Positions 1 to 15,186 of a DNA stretch of 64,000 nt are shown one piece after another. This DNA comes from Phoronis australis (Eukaryota; Animalia; Phoronida). Both the position numbers and the translations under genes were made by a program. How positions within the stretch are numbered: the stretch's first letter is position 1; each line of letters opens with the position of its first letter. The stretch is from contig NMRA01000028.1 in assembly GCA_002633005.1 (NCBI GenBank), positions 1,263,556-1,327,555 on the forward strand. The letters run 5' to 3'. The notes beneath the pieces were generated by a model, which was given only the letters and a program-made list of their open reading frames with translations, was not told where the DNA came from and did not search any database.

Positions 1-125
1 GTTTAACAAAAGCTCACGTGCTCCATAAATCTCTCCCCTAACAAAACAAAAGTTAGTATGTAAAAATAAAAACCGACGCAATATTCACAAAAATACAAGT
101 GCGCTTATGGTAAATATATCAACAT

Positions 126-1327
126 TTTATTTACAACCACTCTACATTCATTCACTTTCCAAATGAAAGGTGTCGTCTTAGAAATGTATATCAGTAATTT
201 ACAAATATTTATACTATTTACAAAGAAGTAACAGGATGTATAAGGCAAACTGGTCGGATTCTATATCATTAGCTACATGAATACAGAGGCACGATTTTAT
301 CACGCGAGATAGGACGAATATTTTACATGCAATTACCAACAGAATAGTTAAGCTGGAATGATCAAATTCTTGTAAAATTAGCAAAATGTTTTACCATAAA
401 ATGTGGAATGTTAAGGAACAGTACGCAATTAGAAAATAAAGAAAATGGAATAAATAAAATCGTTACCACAGAAGTGGTGGCAATAGAATAGAAACTGCAA
501 CTTATGACACAGAAAACACAAAATGGATAATATTCTAGCAGAAAACGAGTCCTGTAGGCTGTTAACAGAATTGTAACTCGGCACAACCTACTGTTACATA
601 AGCAAGGTTTACTGTTGGTGTATATTTACCAAAACTTGGCAAACACAGAACGCTCAAGAACAACAGTAAATATTCGCACACCTGTATATAGCGTATTGCT
701 GTGTGCTCAGCTCAGCACGTTGAGGAGCGCAAGAGCTACTATGTCGCGTGCAAACTTCACAGAGCGTCACTAAATTCTCATAGATAATTTACTCCGCCAG
801 AATATATACCCTCTCAACATAAAAAGCACGGGATACCACCGCGCATGGTTGCTAAAAACCTATGTTACATATACACAACTGACGTAACAGTAAGGAAAAA
901 GATTATCGTTTGAGAAAACAATTCAGATCCTTAATTTCCATTCGGTAAGAACATATATACTCTAAATAAATGCTAAGTGGCTAGGAACAGATGTAAACAT
1001 AAAAACCTCACTTTTAAGTTCTGCACATGGAGTGGCGCTGCGCTAAACACCAGTGATACATAAACGACTTGAGCTTTAACAATAGACTAAATTTAGGTTA
1101 AAACTTCAGTTTCTTATCGTCATGATTTATGTGTGGCAATATTAACAATTTCTGGCTAGGACAAGTCGATTTATCTGCCACCGGTGTTCCTTGGTTAAAA
1201 ACAACGCCGGTTTTCTGCGCACATGAACACACTCACACACACTCGAATACTGTAAGTTTTACATAAAAAACAAATTGGCAATGGAAAGATGGCAGACAAC
1301 AAGACTAAGAACGCCAACAGTCTCTCG
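126..1327 (-). other. Putative SoxB1 3'UTR ending near an AATAAA poly(A) signal (126-131, minus strand)
   Basis: AT-rich non-coding sequence directly downstream of the TAA stop; tttatt at 126-131 reads AATAAA on the mRNA strand. The true 3' end could lie elsewhere. Confidence 0.6.
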
Positions 1328-2305
<978 letters not shown>

Positions 2306-2409
2306 CTACCAGTATATGGTATTGTTAAGAATGAATTGTCCGAGGTAGATGAATAAATATTATCTGAGTAGGCTTTTCACAGACTTCACTACTCGCGTCC
2401 TGTTCTCTC

Positions 2410-2650
2410 GGCTAACTCTTTACAATTACTGCCAATAGCCCTGCAACCATGTGATTATGATTGGCAGAGCAGTGCTAAACAACCAATCAACATACAGCTT
2501 CAACTCGACAGCTCAAGATAGCCATTCATTCGATGACAATACCCTAATACTCAGGTGTGAATACATGGGGGCGGGGTCTACGGTGACCCGTGAACCGAGT
2601 GACAAGAGTCCCGCTGAACGGCAGAGCCGTTGACACTTGTAGATTGGTTT
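2410..2650 (-). promoter_or_regulatory. SoxB1 proximal promoter (multiple CCAAT boxes plus GC box, no obvious TATA)
   Basis: CCAAT/ATTGG at 2432-2436, 2460-2464, 2483-2487 and 2643-2647; GGGGCGGGG at 2568-2576. No upstream ATG on the minus strand between 2288 and ~2420. Confidence 0.7.
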
Positions 2651-5600
2651 CAAAATCACCAAATTTTGCAATTCCAGATCCGCGCATAGGTTTAGAATTT
2701 AGGAAAATCACCTGAAAACGGACACATGTCAATCAAATACGATCATGCTCAAGTTCTTTTGTTGGAATGTTGGTACCTTGGCTACGGTAAATAATCAATC
2801 AATGGACGACCTATAACTCGATTTATACTGTTCCTGCTCTAATTTAGTTCCGTTTAGTGGAAACAAACTAACGTGGGGTCGGGAGTCTACGGCGCAGATA
2901 TTTCGTACAAAAGTATTTGTTAGGGCCTTGTTTCTCACATATAAGTAAAAGGCTCAAAATAAGAAGTGATTGTGATTAAATTGTAATTTGGATTGGTGCC
3001 CGCCAAAATAAATCAGTCTTTCAAAATGGCTACCACATAATGGCTGTATAAATAAGGTGACGTGAACCATGTCGTGCCAAATTTGACAGACGAAACCACG
3101 CCCACTAGCCGAGCAATACACATTGTCGAATAAAAATTCAAATGACAACTTTGGGTGTCATTTAAATTCTTCGCAATTTTATTAAAATGTAGACAGCATG
3201 AAATGATTATTAAAAACTTTCCTTTATTTTTTTAAGTAACCGTATGGCGTCATACACATTTATGCGGGAAATACAACTGCATAAGAATGTCATGACTTAC
3301 ATGTACCTACACTTCAGTTGAAAGTGATTGTCAGACTTCACGATTATCTCAGCGGGCGATGTTAAAACAATGACTCATAAAAAGACGTGTTCTTTAGCCA
3401 TTGTTTTCTAATGATATCATTTTAAAGGTGTACAATGCATCAAGTGTCACTTAATTGGATAAAAATGAGCGCATGTAGTCACAGGATTATTTTGACATCT
3501 TGTTTCTCAGAACTGAAAGTAAATAGTAAACATTCTCGGGATATTTTTATATAAGAAATAAAATTCACTTCGTCTACTATATACAATGTACAGTAGGATT
3601 TTACGGTCGAGACTAAGAAGAAAAAACTAAGTCGGATTTTAAACATCGCTGTAAAAAAGCACAAAAATGTCAATTAGTTAATACACTACCGAGTTACTAG
3701 AAATTTATTTTACCATTCTCTGTGTATTACTTTTATAAAAAAGAACGAGTCTTGTTCACAAAAGTGCCCTGTGTGAGACTGTTTTGCTTCTACCATTACT
3801 CCTAACAGTTCTCGTTAATTGATCGCCGGCGCTTGAAACAAATGATCTGTTAATCAGGCGATATCAGAAATACCTGGCCGCAGAGCAGACTTGAGCAAAC
3901 ACACGGGCTCTACGAAAATCTAGAAACTATCTGATTAAGCCATTGACTCACACGAACCAGGAATCCTGCCTCACCTGGGCGGCACATCAAAGGGTGCTTT
4001 AACTAATATTACCTTAGCAAATTATCCGCATAAACATTTGATTGTTTTTTACGCGAAGACCCGAGCGCCGAGGCTCACTTATAAACAGTCTTTTACTAGT
4101 GACATCTCAAACTGAGATTTTCTCTCCTTTTTCTTAACAAAAGTGAAAGAAATTATAACCGCAACTGGTCGGATTATTCACTCGTACAGGTCGACGTTAA
4201 TCGCGTGCTAATTCAGTGGAGTTCGCTTAATGGACGCTCTTTGTTTCAGCTGTGTCCAAATCAATTACTAAATTAACCCGCCATCAGAAATACAAGGTGG
4301 CTGAAGGCAATTTGTAACACAAACCTTAATCATCACAAGCTTCTCCTCGTGCTGTCTTCGTATAATTGTAGTCACCGCAGACGTTCCCGCATGTTTTGTA
4401 TACAAATTGTTCAGGGCCAATTTTTAAGAAACGTCTGTTTCTAATGTCACTTACCCATCAAAGTTAAAAAATTATTTACTAGTTTCCCAACAAATGGAAT
4501 CAAACTATGCACGTGACACTTGCAAAGCCTACCTTTATCCCCAATTCCTATTTTAAATAGTATTTTTCTAAATATTTCAACTATTCATTTCACAAAATTT
4601 TCATGATTCATCTAATCATATTTGTGAGAGTTATTATTAACCATTAATAACGGCGTTTCTATCCATTTTTCCCAATAAAAAATATTCCCCTGTCGATACA
4701 AAAATGACATCAGCGGTCTTCTCGTACATTGAATGAATCGTTTCTTTTCACGGCTTTGACCCGTGTCGTTCTCAGGTATAACAAAGGGCTCTAGAAGTAG
4801 TTAGTTCTCCATGAAACCGGCCAGTAGGAGTAGATGTAAGAGGAAATGGTAATCTAACACTGAGGATTTTTCACTGTATCTAGATCTTAAGGAACATCAT
4901 GCACTAAACATAAAAACCCAGACAATTGAATAAAAGATCAATGCGGGCAGAACAATGTTACTATTTACTTTAAAAAAATGGACACCATTATTTTCAAATA
5001 ACACAGTGCAATTGAGGATTAAACGTGCTAATTAAGTCACAGGATTATTAATTATACAGCTGTTTCAGGTGAAGGATGGCTTACACTTGTAATTTGCTGT
5101 AAAAATGGGACATTTAGATTATTATTTTCAGACTATATTTTATGTTTTATATGAATCCCTTAGATGCAATAATGATGTATTCTAACTAAGTATCACCAAG
5201 CACCATAAAGAATATGTTATGGTGAAAAGAGACGAAATCGCACTGACCCCAACTTGGTCACAATGATAAGTTCGAGTCATGCGCAGTGAAGCACTTCACG
5301 CTAAATGTCTCTTACCTCGTGACTGACGGTTGGTAGCGTAGTACAGTTTCACAGCCGTCACATTCCGCTTCGAGGAACAGAAACCTGTTGTATAATCCAA
5401 TAATAAAACACACCCATGATGGTTACTAGGTAAATTCCTTGGATAAAATCCACAAGTCCTCATCCGAAAGGATTTCACAGTTTTCCACTCTTGTTAAATC
5501 CACGATTTTCGGCTTGGTCACCATTGAAATTCTTGTGACGAAATTCATCTTTTCGTTTCCCATATCTAGGAGCGAAAGATAAGATTAAATTCAATGGAAT

Positions 5601-8600
5601 AAAAAGAGTATTGAGCGAAGCAATGCGAACAGCAGCAACCAAGGCAATAGACGTGCAGTCTTTATAAAGAACGGGCTAATACTGCGCGGCTTCAGTGACT
5701 GAATTGCGTTCAAATTACTCGCTTTAGTGTTCTCTGTATTCTAAACAGACCGAGGATGGATCTCTTAGGCAATGGGCGATATAACGGGGAAAGAAAAGAC
5801 TCTTTGAAAAATCTAACAATATATTTTTGTAGACCATGATAATAGTCAGAGGCCTTTTCAGCCTCTCCATTCACAGCCCGTATAGATTTTCTTGAGACAC
5901 AATAGCCTGTGAATTAGCGACACATAAAAGTTACACAGTGTATCATCGCTACCTTATTCTTATGCAAAGTATTTTTCACTATGCAGGCCATAGCTGTGTC
6001 AGCTTGATCTATTCTGAAGCAATACTCCTCTGTCAGCGGATAGCAAAGTAGACACAGTGCTTTGTCCACGGACAATGGCGGATGTTTTTGGGGTCAACTT
6101 TCTGAAACGACTATTACAAAACACAGTTCAAATAATCCCCTTACACAAATAACTCGCTTTAATAACAGACTATTAAATACGTCGAAAAACCAGCCAGGCG
6201 ATTAAACATAAAATGTGTATTGCATAATCGGAATAATAAAACGCTTTCAGCTAAGACGCCGTCCAGATTAAAACATGGAACTCTCCAGTAATAACGATGT
6301 AAATTGCATTTTGAAATTATTTTGTACGCGCTCAATGTGGTTATTCAGAGGAAATGTTCAGGAATAAACAGATTTAATCTCGCATAAGGACATTTTAAAT
6401 ATCTTCAAACAAAGTTTCATGACCACTGATTAAGACAGCGGGACCAGTGAACATTGTGCAATAAGACCTTATATTACACAATTTCTTGTCATGTTGAATT
6501 AATACAACGACTAAATATCAGACTGCTGATAGTGCTCTAACAGCACTTTATAAACAGCTTCCCGTAAAAAGAACAATGGCGGTAATGAATTAAAGATTAC
6601 ACCGAATACCCCAGGGTCGAGGCTATCTCAGGTTGACGCCTTGATTTTAAAGTTCGTCGCAAAATGAAAGTTTTACACGTAACCTGTCTTGCGAAATATA
6701 ATGACTTACGAACCATGATTTATCATTGATAACAATACGGAACCGGTTTACTTTTAAGGACTTGGACATTCCTAAAGCTATAAAAACGAAATAAAAACGG
6801 TTAAAGTATTAAAAGAAATGGCTAGTATATATTGAATCAAGATGAACTGATCTACGTAGTAAAAACGTAATAAGCATAGGAGATTAGATGGTTTACGCGA
6901 TATGATCACGGGCTTCGGATGTACCTACGTTTTAAATGTCTAGTCTCGAATTGAATAGTCTGGGGGCAGAGGCTTTTGGGTTGGTGAGTTCCGTTAGATC
7001 AAGTTCCAGCCCAGTCACAACGCACCCACTAAATCCCGAAGTTCGAATGCTTTTTTCGTTAATTTTGCTTGCGGAACGAGTAGTTACGAACTGACCGACG
7101 AACGCGAAACCAGGGGCGCTTTCCGTAGACGCAGGACACTCGCCAGTAAAGCGCGTGTGACCACGTGCTTCCGCTGTAATAGATGGCAATGTCTCGTGAA
7201 GACTTGCATAATCGCGCTTTTCTCGCGAGAAAATTGCTCTGCAGGACAAAGCCTAGGAAGCAGCGTTCATTTTTCTTGTCGGTTCCGTGTTTATAGGTAA
7301 CGGCTATCGTTAGCACGTATGATCTGGCTTTCTTTACAGTCTGCGACCAACCACTCACAGAGTTGCGGATATTGCACTCATAAATAACCGACACTTGTAA
7401 ATACCGAGGCAAGTTAATTATAGCTCACCATCTCACTTTCATTTAATGTGTATTTGACAGAAAATTATACAATTCATGCTATGCTAACAAGGGATTTCAC
7501 CAACCAGATGATAGAGTGAGGGAGCCGAATATCAACGCAAATATATAATTATTATACTATTATAAAGATGTAAACAGATAACTTGCAATTACAATGTCTA
7601 GGTTTAAACACGAACAATTCGCCGAACTCTTGAAGTGCAATATCAAGTCTTGGTCATAAATTAAATTTAAGGCAAGGATTAGTTAAAAAATTCCTAAAAT
7701 GTTCATGTGAATTACAATGTTTAAGCTCTCCGTCAGAGGATATTTTCTGCATGTCATATGCTGTTTCTCACACGATGAACAAAATTATGCAAAACGTGTA
7801 TACTGGTGCCAATTTCAAGTGAAATGACGCATTTGCAAAATTTTCTTTCTGGCGTAGTTGCCGACACATCATTACTTATACGGTGACAGTTAAGACCCGT
7901 GTTTACTCAAGGGTGACCAACTTGTTTACAGGTGACATTAAACAAAGGAACTCATGTGTGAAACAAAACGCAGGCAGATGCATTTGTCCATTCCATTGTG
8001 TTACGCACTCTGCAGGTCATAAATCCATAAAAAATTTAAAGACACAATTTTCTTTATTTTCGCTAGTTTAGAACGCGGAAAGAGTTGCACTGATCTCTCG
8101 TAAATTACAGTCCTGCTTGTATTTTCGCTTTTTATTGGCAATTCATAAAAATTGACTTCAGTACCGTTCAACCGCGGCGGCCATTTTGTTGATGCAGTAC
8201 CAGCAATTAAAAAAGCATTTTGAAAATTCCAATTTTTTTAAAATTCTTGTCATTTTGAAAATATCTGATTGCCCTTAGAATAAATATTGTTTAGAAGTAA
8301 GATTAAACACGATTAGTTTCCGGTCATTTCCTGTTATGAAGCGAGAAGAGCATCTTCAAGGGAGAGGGTCAAGGTCACCAAATTAAAATATTTTGGCCAA
8401 AAACATCTCTATTGATTCATATAAACCTAATGAATATGTTTGGATACCATGCGTCCCTGCTAGTAAAAAGCAAAAAACATGGTATAGAACTGTTGTAACA
8501 CTGCTACACATTGACTTACGTTTATGTTTATTTATGAACACAGCCCCAGAAATCGCTTTCGCACCAAATACAGAGATGACAGAAGGCGAGATCGTCCGAT

Positions 8601-11600
8601 CTTGCGAAGCTGCCGAGGCTTCACCCTCATCTACTCATCGTCAAACCGCTTTAGCATTATATCCAAGCTCTCATTCATTCTCTTGCACACATTCACAAGT
8701 AAGATCGAGCTAAGAGGAGTAGGAGACACATTTTGTGCAATGCTCGATTGTCTAAAAAAAACGATTTCGTTTATTATAGGCAAGGCAGCAGGCACATTTC
8801 TTACCCAAAATTGTTAGAAAGATTGAATCTATTTTAGCTTCATTTTCGTTTGCAAAACCTCACTGAAAGAAACTGGACCCATACTAGATTACACGAACCA
8901 TCATTATTCCCATTTTCATTAAAATGCTCCTCGGAAATGAACATAAAAATGAAGTAAAAATAATGGGATAATAACTTCTAAATCTAAAACTGACTTTTGG
9001 TAAAAAATAAAATGGTATTATAAAAGTGTGTCACTGCGTAACTGACGCACAGCTCAGCAAAAACGAATAGATGTGCGCATGCATAGTGCTGAAAAATAAA
9101 TCTATTGCAGCGATGGAAAATTACTTGGATAGAAGGTATAGAGTCTCACGGAAATGTTTTCAAAGAATAAGTCACATAGAAAGATATAACCGATTAACAT
9201 CAAATATTGATCTTGCTGGGCAATAACTTGTCTTTCGGTAAAAAGTGGTCGCGATGGAAAATTGTTTTCCGTTTAATAAAGTTGAAAAACAATTAAATGC
9301 GTACAATGTAACGTGTGTGCAGCAATCATATCTCTTTACAAGATAATCACTTATTTCCATAAGGTGTCTCTCAACGCCCGGTCGATCTATAAAACCCGAG
9401 CTCCGTCACGAGCGTCATTGCTGAGAATCGCGTTTTCCCAAACACACTTGGCGAACGAAATTTAAGAGTAATTTACCGGATGACACCGATCGTGGTGGAT
9501 TAGCCAAGAGGCCCTTGATACAGCAGTAATCCGCCTTAATTGACTGGATGGGAAGGCGAACCTATTTACTTAGTTTTATGCGCTGACAAATACTCCAAAA
9601 TGAACCCTTACTAACGCTTGAAACCTTTCACTTCGGGCTTCTGTACCAGTGAAATGTAAACAAGCGGTCCAAAGGAGTAGATAGGATTTTGGAGGAATGA
9701 TTATTTCGCCTTTCTTATGACCCCGTTTGAAGATGTCCGCGTGCCTACAGATAGCCATTGACTGTGGGAGAGAACTGCTGGATTAAGGCGATAATTCCAG
9801 ATACATATCCTATCGGCAGATGATTAACTGACAGTAGACTAGAAATAGAATAATTTGCCTTGAAATTGTAACCAATACATGCAACAGAGATGATGAGACA
9901 GGACACGAAAATTGCTTGAAAATCCACGGGGAGAACAATTTAAAACTTTTTTTCCGAACAGTTACTCTACCATAACCGTTTTCTGAAGAATAGACATCAA
10001 CAGAGATATTGAAAATGTATATTTTGCTACTTGAAATTCACGTCATTGAATTCTCGCCTTCATTAGTTCCTCTATCCAAATGAGTTAAATTACTGTTTAA
10101 TGACTTTATTTCCCCTCCAGTAAATGTAAGAGTTAAGTAAAACCGTGGTTACTACTGTTGCGTGGTTAGAAGATAAGTGCGTCTTTCACTGAGACATTCT
10201 TAACTCGTGTTACTTCATTAAATATTAAATTTTTAACTATTTGAAGAATATCAATATCACTTTAGTGGTATATGTTAATGTTTCGACTTTCAATTTCTTC
10301 AGAATAAATTGCATTTTAACTAATTGTATCAACGTGGCTCCTGAAGAGATTGTTTTGGATTTTTATCGTCTAAAAGTACTTTCCATTTTCACGTGCTTGT
10401 TCAAGTTACTTCATCAACCATTAAGTATACCTGAAAGATTAGTTATCAAGATCCTATAATAATATTTACCGTTTTTAACTATGGGGATTCCCTATAACTA
10501 CACAAACGTCCCAGTCTAAATTTGCTGGACCCTTCTAATATTCATTATTTGCCTCACCGTTAATGTGCACCCAGATGACCCTAATATAATTCTCTCAAGT
10601 TTGCCGACACAGCCAACCAGTTTCATGTTTGTAGAGTCAGCCCCGTCCAGATCGAAACACCTTCGTATTGTGTTGCAATGTAACTCATTCATTAGACAGT
10701 ATGTGAATAACAAAAATAAACAAACATCCCAGTTCGAGTAAATATGGATAGGAAAGAGGAGATTACGACTGTGTTTCAAGTAGACGTGAAAATGAACTGA
10801 AGACGCTTGGTTGGAGAACAATTCCTTGTCGTCATCCATCTCGACATAGGGATTTGCGTTCAGTTGCGTGGATTTATCACGGCTGGGTGATTTGGTGTGC
10901 CAGCAGGCGCCAGCGTGCATTGGGAGACCCAGGTATTAACTGAGTTGGTGACGCCCTGTCAACTGCCGACCAATCGTATTCGAGGATTAGGAGGCTTGGA
11001 CAAATTATCGCCTCAAATTCACGACAGTGATCATGTGAACCAATTTCACTTTCATAAGTTTTCATGCACCAAAAACTCTCAAAAGCTGTCTGTCCTACAA
11101 TCAGCCTCCTTTTGACCATAAAGACTCCATGAAACCTTATGATCCTATTTTGGTATTAACTCAACTCGTTATTTTTGACTGAATTTAAAAGTGCAAACAC
11201 GTACTCGCAGCACAAGTCCTTCTCTGCGCAACAAAATTTTTGTCTTGTATTCTAACTGTATTAAGATAATCATACTGCCACTTTTACAGTAGCGAATAAT
11301 GAAAACGACGATCATAGATTCTATTATTCTCAGTTTATGCATTGTGATATATTTTATTAGATATAATTGAAGTAGCAAAATAAAGTAGGTGCATTTGTAT
11401 AATTGTCTTATAATAATCCTTGTTTGTATGTTACCACCTGTTGCAAGCGGCAGCACTTTGAGGCACCTTCGTAATAGCGTGAATCTCTAGAAATTAGCAA
11501 CTTCAGTTTAACAATTAACAGTTTGCGGCTGTTACGCAACAATGTTTCCGCCAAATAACACATTGAAGTCAAGCCTAGGTTGTGTAGGACCTTATCGATG

Positions 11601-11659
11601 ATTCTGTACATTCAGCCAAATGTCAACAAGTGTTGGTTTTGACTCAGTAACAGGATATA

Positions 11660-11770
11660 TTTTACGAAAGTAGAAAGCCTCTAGAGTTACATTGTTTTCT
11701 TTATACCAATCTGCCATTAATCAGGTCACGTGACCATGTCTTTGTAGTTAAATTTAGCAAAAAAGATACA
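11660..11770 (+). mobile_element. Dispersed repeat family A fragment (GGTCACGTGACC-containing DNA transposon relic)
   Basis: gaaagtagaaagc...accaatctgccattaatcaggtcacgtgaccatg aligns with 50170-50243, 63435-63495 and the reverse complements of 47960-48040 and 58260-58340. Confidence 0.75.
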
Positions 11771-12344
11771 CTCATAGCAGTATCAACAGCAAACTTTCGT
11801 TGAATATGAATAATCAAGATAAAATCTCATAAAAAAGCTAATACAAATTTCTAAATTATCATTTCGTTAATTAAATACTATTTTTGATAGAGCTCAAGAG
11901 CAAAAGGGGAACATTTTAGAAAACAATTCTTGCTTACAGCGTTTCAGAGAAGAATCCATTGGCATAACATCAAATACACAACAATGTTCACGATGATTGA
12001 CAGCATTCGTGTCTCTTGTAATGAATGTATATTTGTCGATCATCAAGAGAACAATTATACAACAGATCACCAAGAGATATAGCAACAGCATAAAATGACC
12101 GGTCATGTCTCATTTTCAGCAAGAAATAAAATAAAATAAGAGGGAAGTAACAGGAGCGGGCGACGAACGCTTGTCCACCGCAAACTGCCCTGCAAGCTTG
12201 CGAGGCAACGCCGTGATACTCTCGCCGCTATCGCATCTTCTGTATAATTGTTCTCCCGAGGATCGACAAGTATACCGACAATGCGAGTATGCAGGAAAAC
12301 TACCGACTGTCGCGCGTTCAATGAATTCTGCCTATGAGAGGGTA

Positions 12345-12437
12345 TGCTACAAGAATCCAGCCAACCATTTCTGAGATATGATTTTCTGACGGTAGACAAA
12401 TTAAACATTTTTGCAGACTAGTCCTATTTATCCTTGA
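12345..12437 (+). mobile_element. Family A terminal fragment
   Basis: ccatttctgagatatgatt...caaattaaacatttttg...atccttga matches 50512-50582 and 63650-63724. Confidence 0.6.
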
Positions 12438-13714
12438 CACCTTTTACAGAATGATCTCCTAATGAAGTGCTAAATAATACCGAATTGTAAATCAAACGAA
12501 ATCAATGTTCCCGTATTCAAAATGGAACAGCACCATGCTTCAAACGTTCTAAGCCATGTTTGAAACATTTCTTGTGCTTTTTCTGCTTTACAAGGCATGC
12601 TTACCTGCTGGTATTAATTTTTTATTATGCAGCTGTAAAATATTAGTCGAGCGGTTAGCAAGTGAAAATAGTGTGCACTGGATGGTGCTGGGACTTAGCA
12701 GAAAGCAAGATAAAAGGTGGAGACATAACTCAATTTCAGCAATGTTTGGATTTACGCCCAGAGAGAACCCTTGAGATATGGCAATTGGCCGGATGTGTCT
12801 TTCATACATTTAGAGCTGCCCTGCAATCTGTTATCAAGTGAATCATCTTGAAAAAATATAGGCAAGTAAGTACTTCGGAAACCAAAGCGACGATTCGTGT
12901 TGGATATTTGTGTTCGCCGGAAACGCGTGGGGGCACTTGGGGCGTGAGCTGCACATGCGCACATTTGGAGACTAGATGGATCAAATAACCAAACTGAAAA
13001 TGTGAGAGGCTGTACGAATTCATTTTACGTTACTGTCGATTCCCATCGTCAGATAGTAGGTAGTAGGTAGATTGGGGGTGGGGGGTCATGGCTAAAACAA
13101 CAAAATGGCACCATAGGGCGATCGCGAGCGTCTTTATTTTGCCATGCCGGTCTCCTTCGCGATATTCCAGATAAGTTACTGAATAAAATCCACAGAATTT
13201 CACCAATCCAGGGTTTTCAGTACGCACCTACAGTTTACTCAAAAACAGGTGAGTTAACGAAGTTGTGAACATGTTATGATAACACATGAAAGCGCTTCTG
13301 ATGAGGCAAACGTGGAGGTAGGATCTAAATCCCAAGAGCCAGGTATACATGACCCTTCACCGTCCAGCGACATTTGTTTATTTATTCCATTGAATAATTC
13401 ACATAGAATGTATGACTAACAGATACAATATGCATGATTATTTCTTTGTAAATTATATAGCTTTAGTCTATTAGCGGAGATTTGAAGCTTCTCCCGTCAT
13501 AGAAGCGAAATTTGAATGAGTTGAGGTTAAAACTGACGCTTATAGTAAGTCCATCGTTCATCTGTTCAAATGTTATTTACTACAAAAACAATCTAAGTTC
13601 AATATTTTTTATTTAATCAGATACATTGTACTAATCCTCGATAAAGTGAGCACTCGTTTACAGGGAGGGATTAAGGATCAAGCTCGATTTAGGAAATAAT
13701 TCGGGGATACGTCC

Positions 13715-13846
13715 CTCGCTGGATCGAGGATCCTGACAAAAAGGGGCCTCACAACAGGAACACGTCTTATTCCTCTACTGCAGTAACACAAAAATGGCCA
13801 AGAATGGTGGTTCGGAATCCCGGAACCCTTCTGGATGTGCGCCAGT
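13715..13846. mobile_element. Degenerate GC-rich MITE (GGATCCAGG...CTGGATCCGCG-type ends)
   Basis: ctggatcgaggatcctgacaaaaaggggc ... ccggaacccttctggatgtgcgccag resembles the termini of the 43264 and 61948 elements. Confidence 0.4.
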
Positions 13847-15143
13847 CATTTACAAAATGAGCCACATGAGAGTATGTCCAACATGTTCCATGATATGACC
13901 TTACTGTTCAAAAATGACGTATTTGTATATTTACGTGAACAAAAATGAGAATGCTTTCATGATGTTTGAAAAAATAAACGTTCTGTGTTTACTTTTATCG
14001 CTTGCAATGGGAGATAATGGTTCACGCATACAAGTTTGACCGACAAAAAACGAACAAAAGTTACAAATTACACCACACCTGACTTTAAAGGTTGAACAAT
14101 TACAAACACACTCTTCACACCTTATTAGACGCTATCATTGAGCGAGAACGATCAATAAACAAACTATCTCTTTGCTTACAATAAAAAACGTTGCAGAGAA
14201 CTAGCCGTTTTATGTCAGATTAACAAAAGCAGTATTGAGCACGGGTCGACTTTACTAGACGATCACATTGTAAACTTTCCCAAAGTCAACCAAATTTCAA
14301 CAATAGCGGGTTCGAATACCTATGCGTGACAATCGTGAACAAATAATAGGGTACGGACAGTAATCCTTTACAGGGAGCGATTTCGCCCTGGGCGTCAATT
14401 TTCGTCTTTAAATTAAGGTGATTATATCTAGAATTCCTGTGGTGCACAGGTACGGGCAGGGTCATTTTAGTGCATCAGAATTTGCACGTGTGCAATCAAC
14501 CGTAAACTGCTAACGTCAAGATTGGAGTCTCCGGCCGGTATGCGGTTGTCTCCGACACGAGGAAACAACGACAATGTCTTCATATAAGCAATGAAATAAG
14601 TACGTAGAAGCATCGCCTCATTTATTATGTTCACATATAACAACTGTTTACCGCTGCATATCCAATACAAATAAAATACAGGGTTTTAAATGACCAATGA
14701 CCTAAAGGAGGAAAAATTTCCAGGTGATGTATTGTTCCACAAATAGATAGGCTTGCGTGATAGAAATATTGGTTGTGTTGTAAAATGTAAACCGAAATAA
14801 CGTTTTTACATGAATAAAGTCAAAACAATGGTAAAAAGGCGAAAAAAGACGAAATTGGAAAACAAATAAGAGGAGATCGAAACAAAAAAGAGGAAATCCT
14901 CTTAAAAAAAAGAAAATTCCAAGCCCTGGATGACATAAGTATAAGTTCAAAATTAACAAAATTTTCTGTATCAGAAACATTGTACGTAGCCAAGCCAGTG
15001 CCATAATGTTTCGCATTTTTTTTAGTAGCGTTAAGTCACTATGCTGAATATATTTTGAAACGATAAAGTAGCACCAGTCAATTATGATATTGAATCAACG
15101 TATTTTTTAATCGCACGGATATATTGCTTGACAGTAATCGGTG

Positions 15144-15186
15144 GTGAACACATCACGCGGAGTGAACACATCACGCGGAGTGAACA
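15144..15186. repeat. Tandem repeat, 18 bp x 2.4 (gtgaacacatcacgcgga)
   Basis: Two perfect copies plus a partial copy, read directly. Confidence 0.95.

Noticed and set aside
10516-11119. Cluster of 72-134 aa ORFs
   Set aside because: No recognisable domain or consistent splice phase chain.
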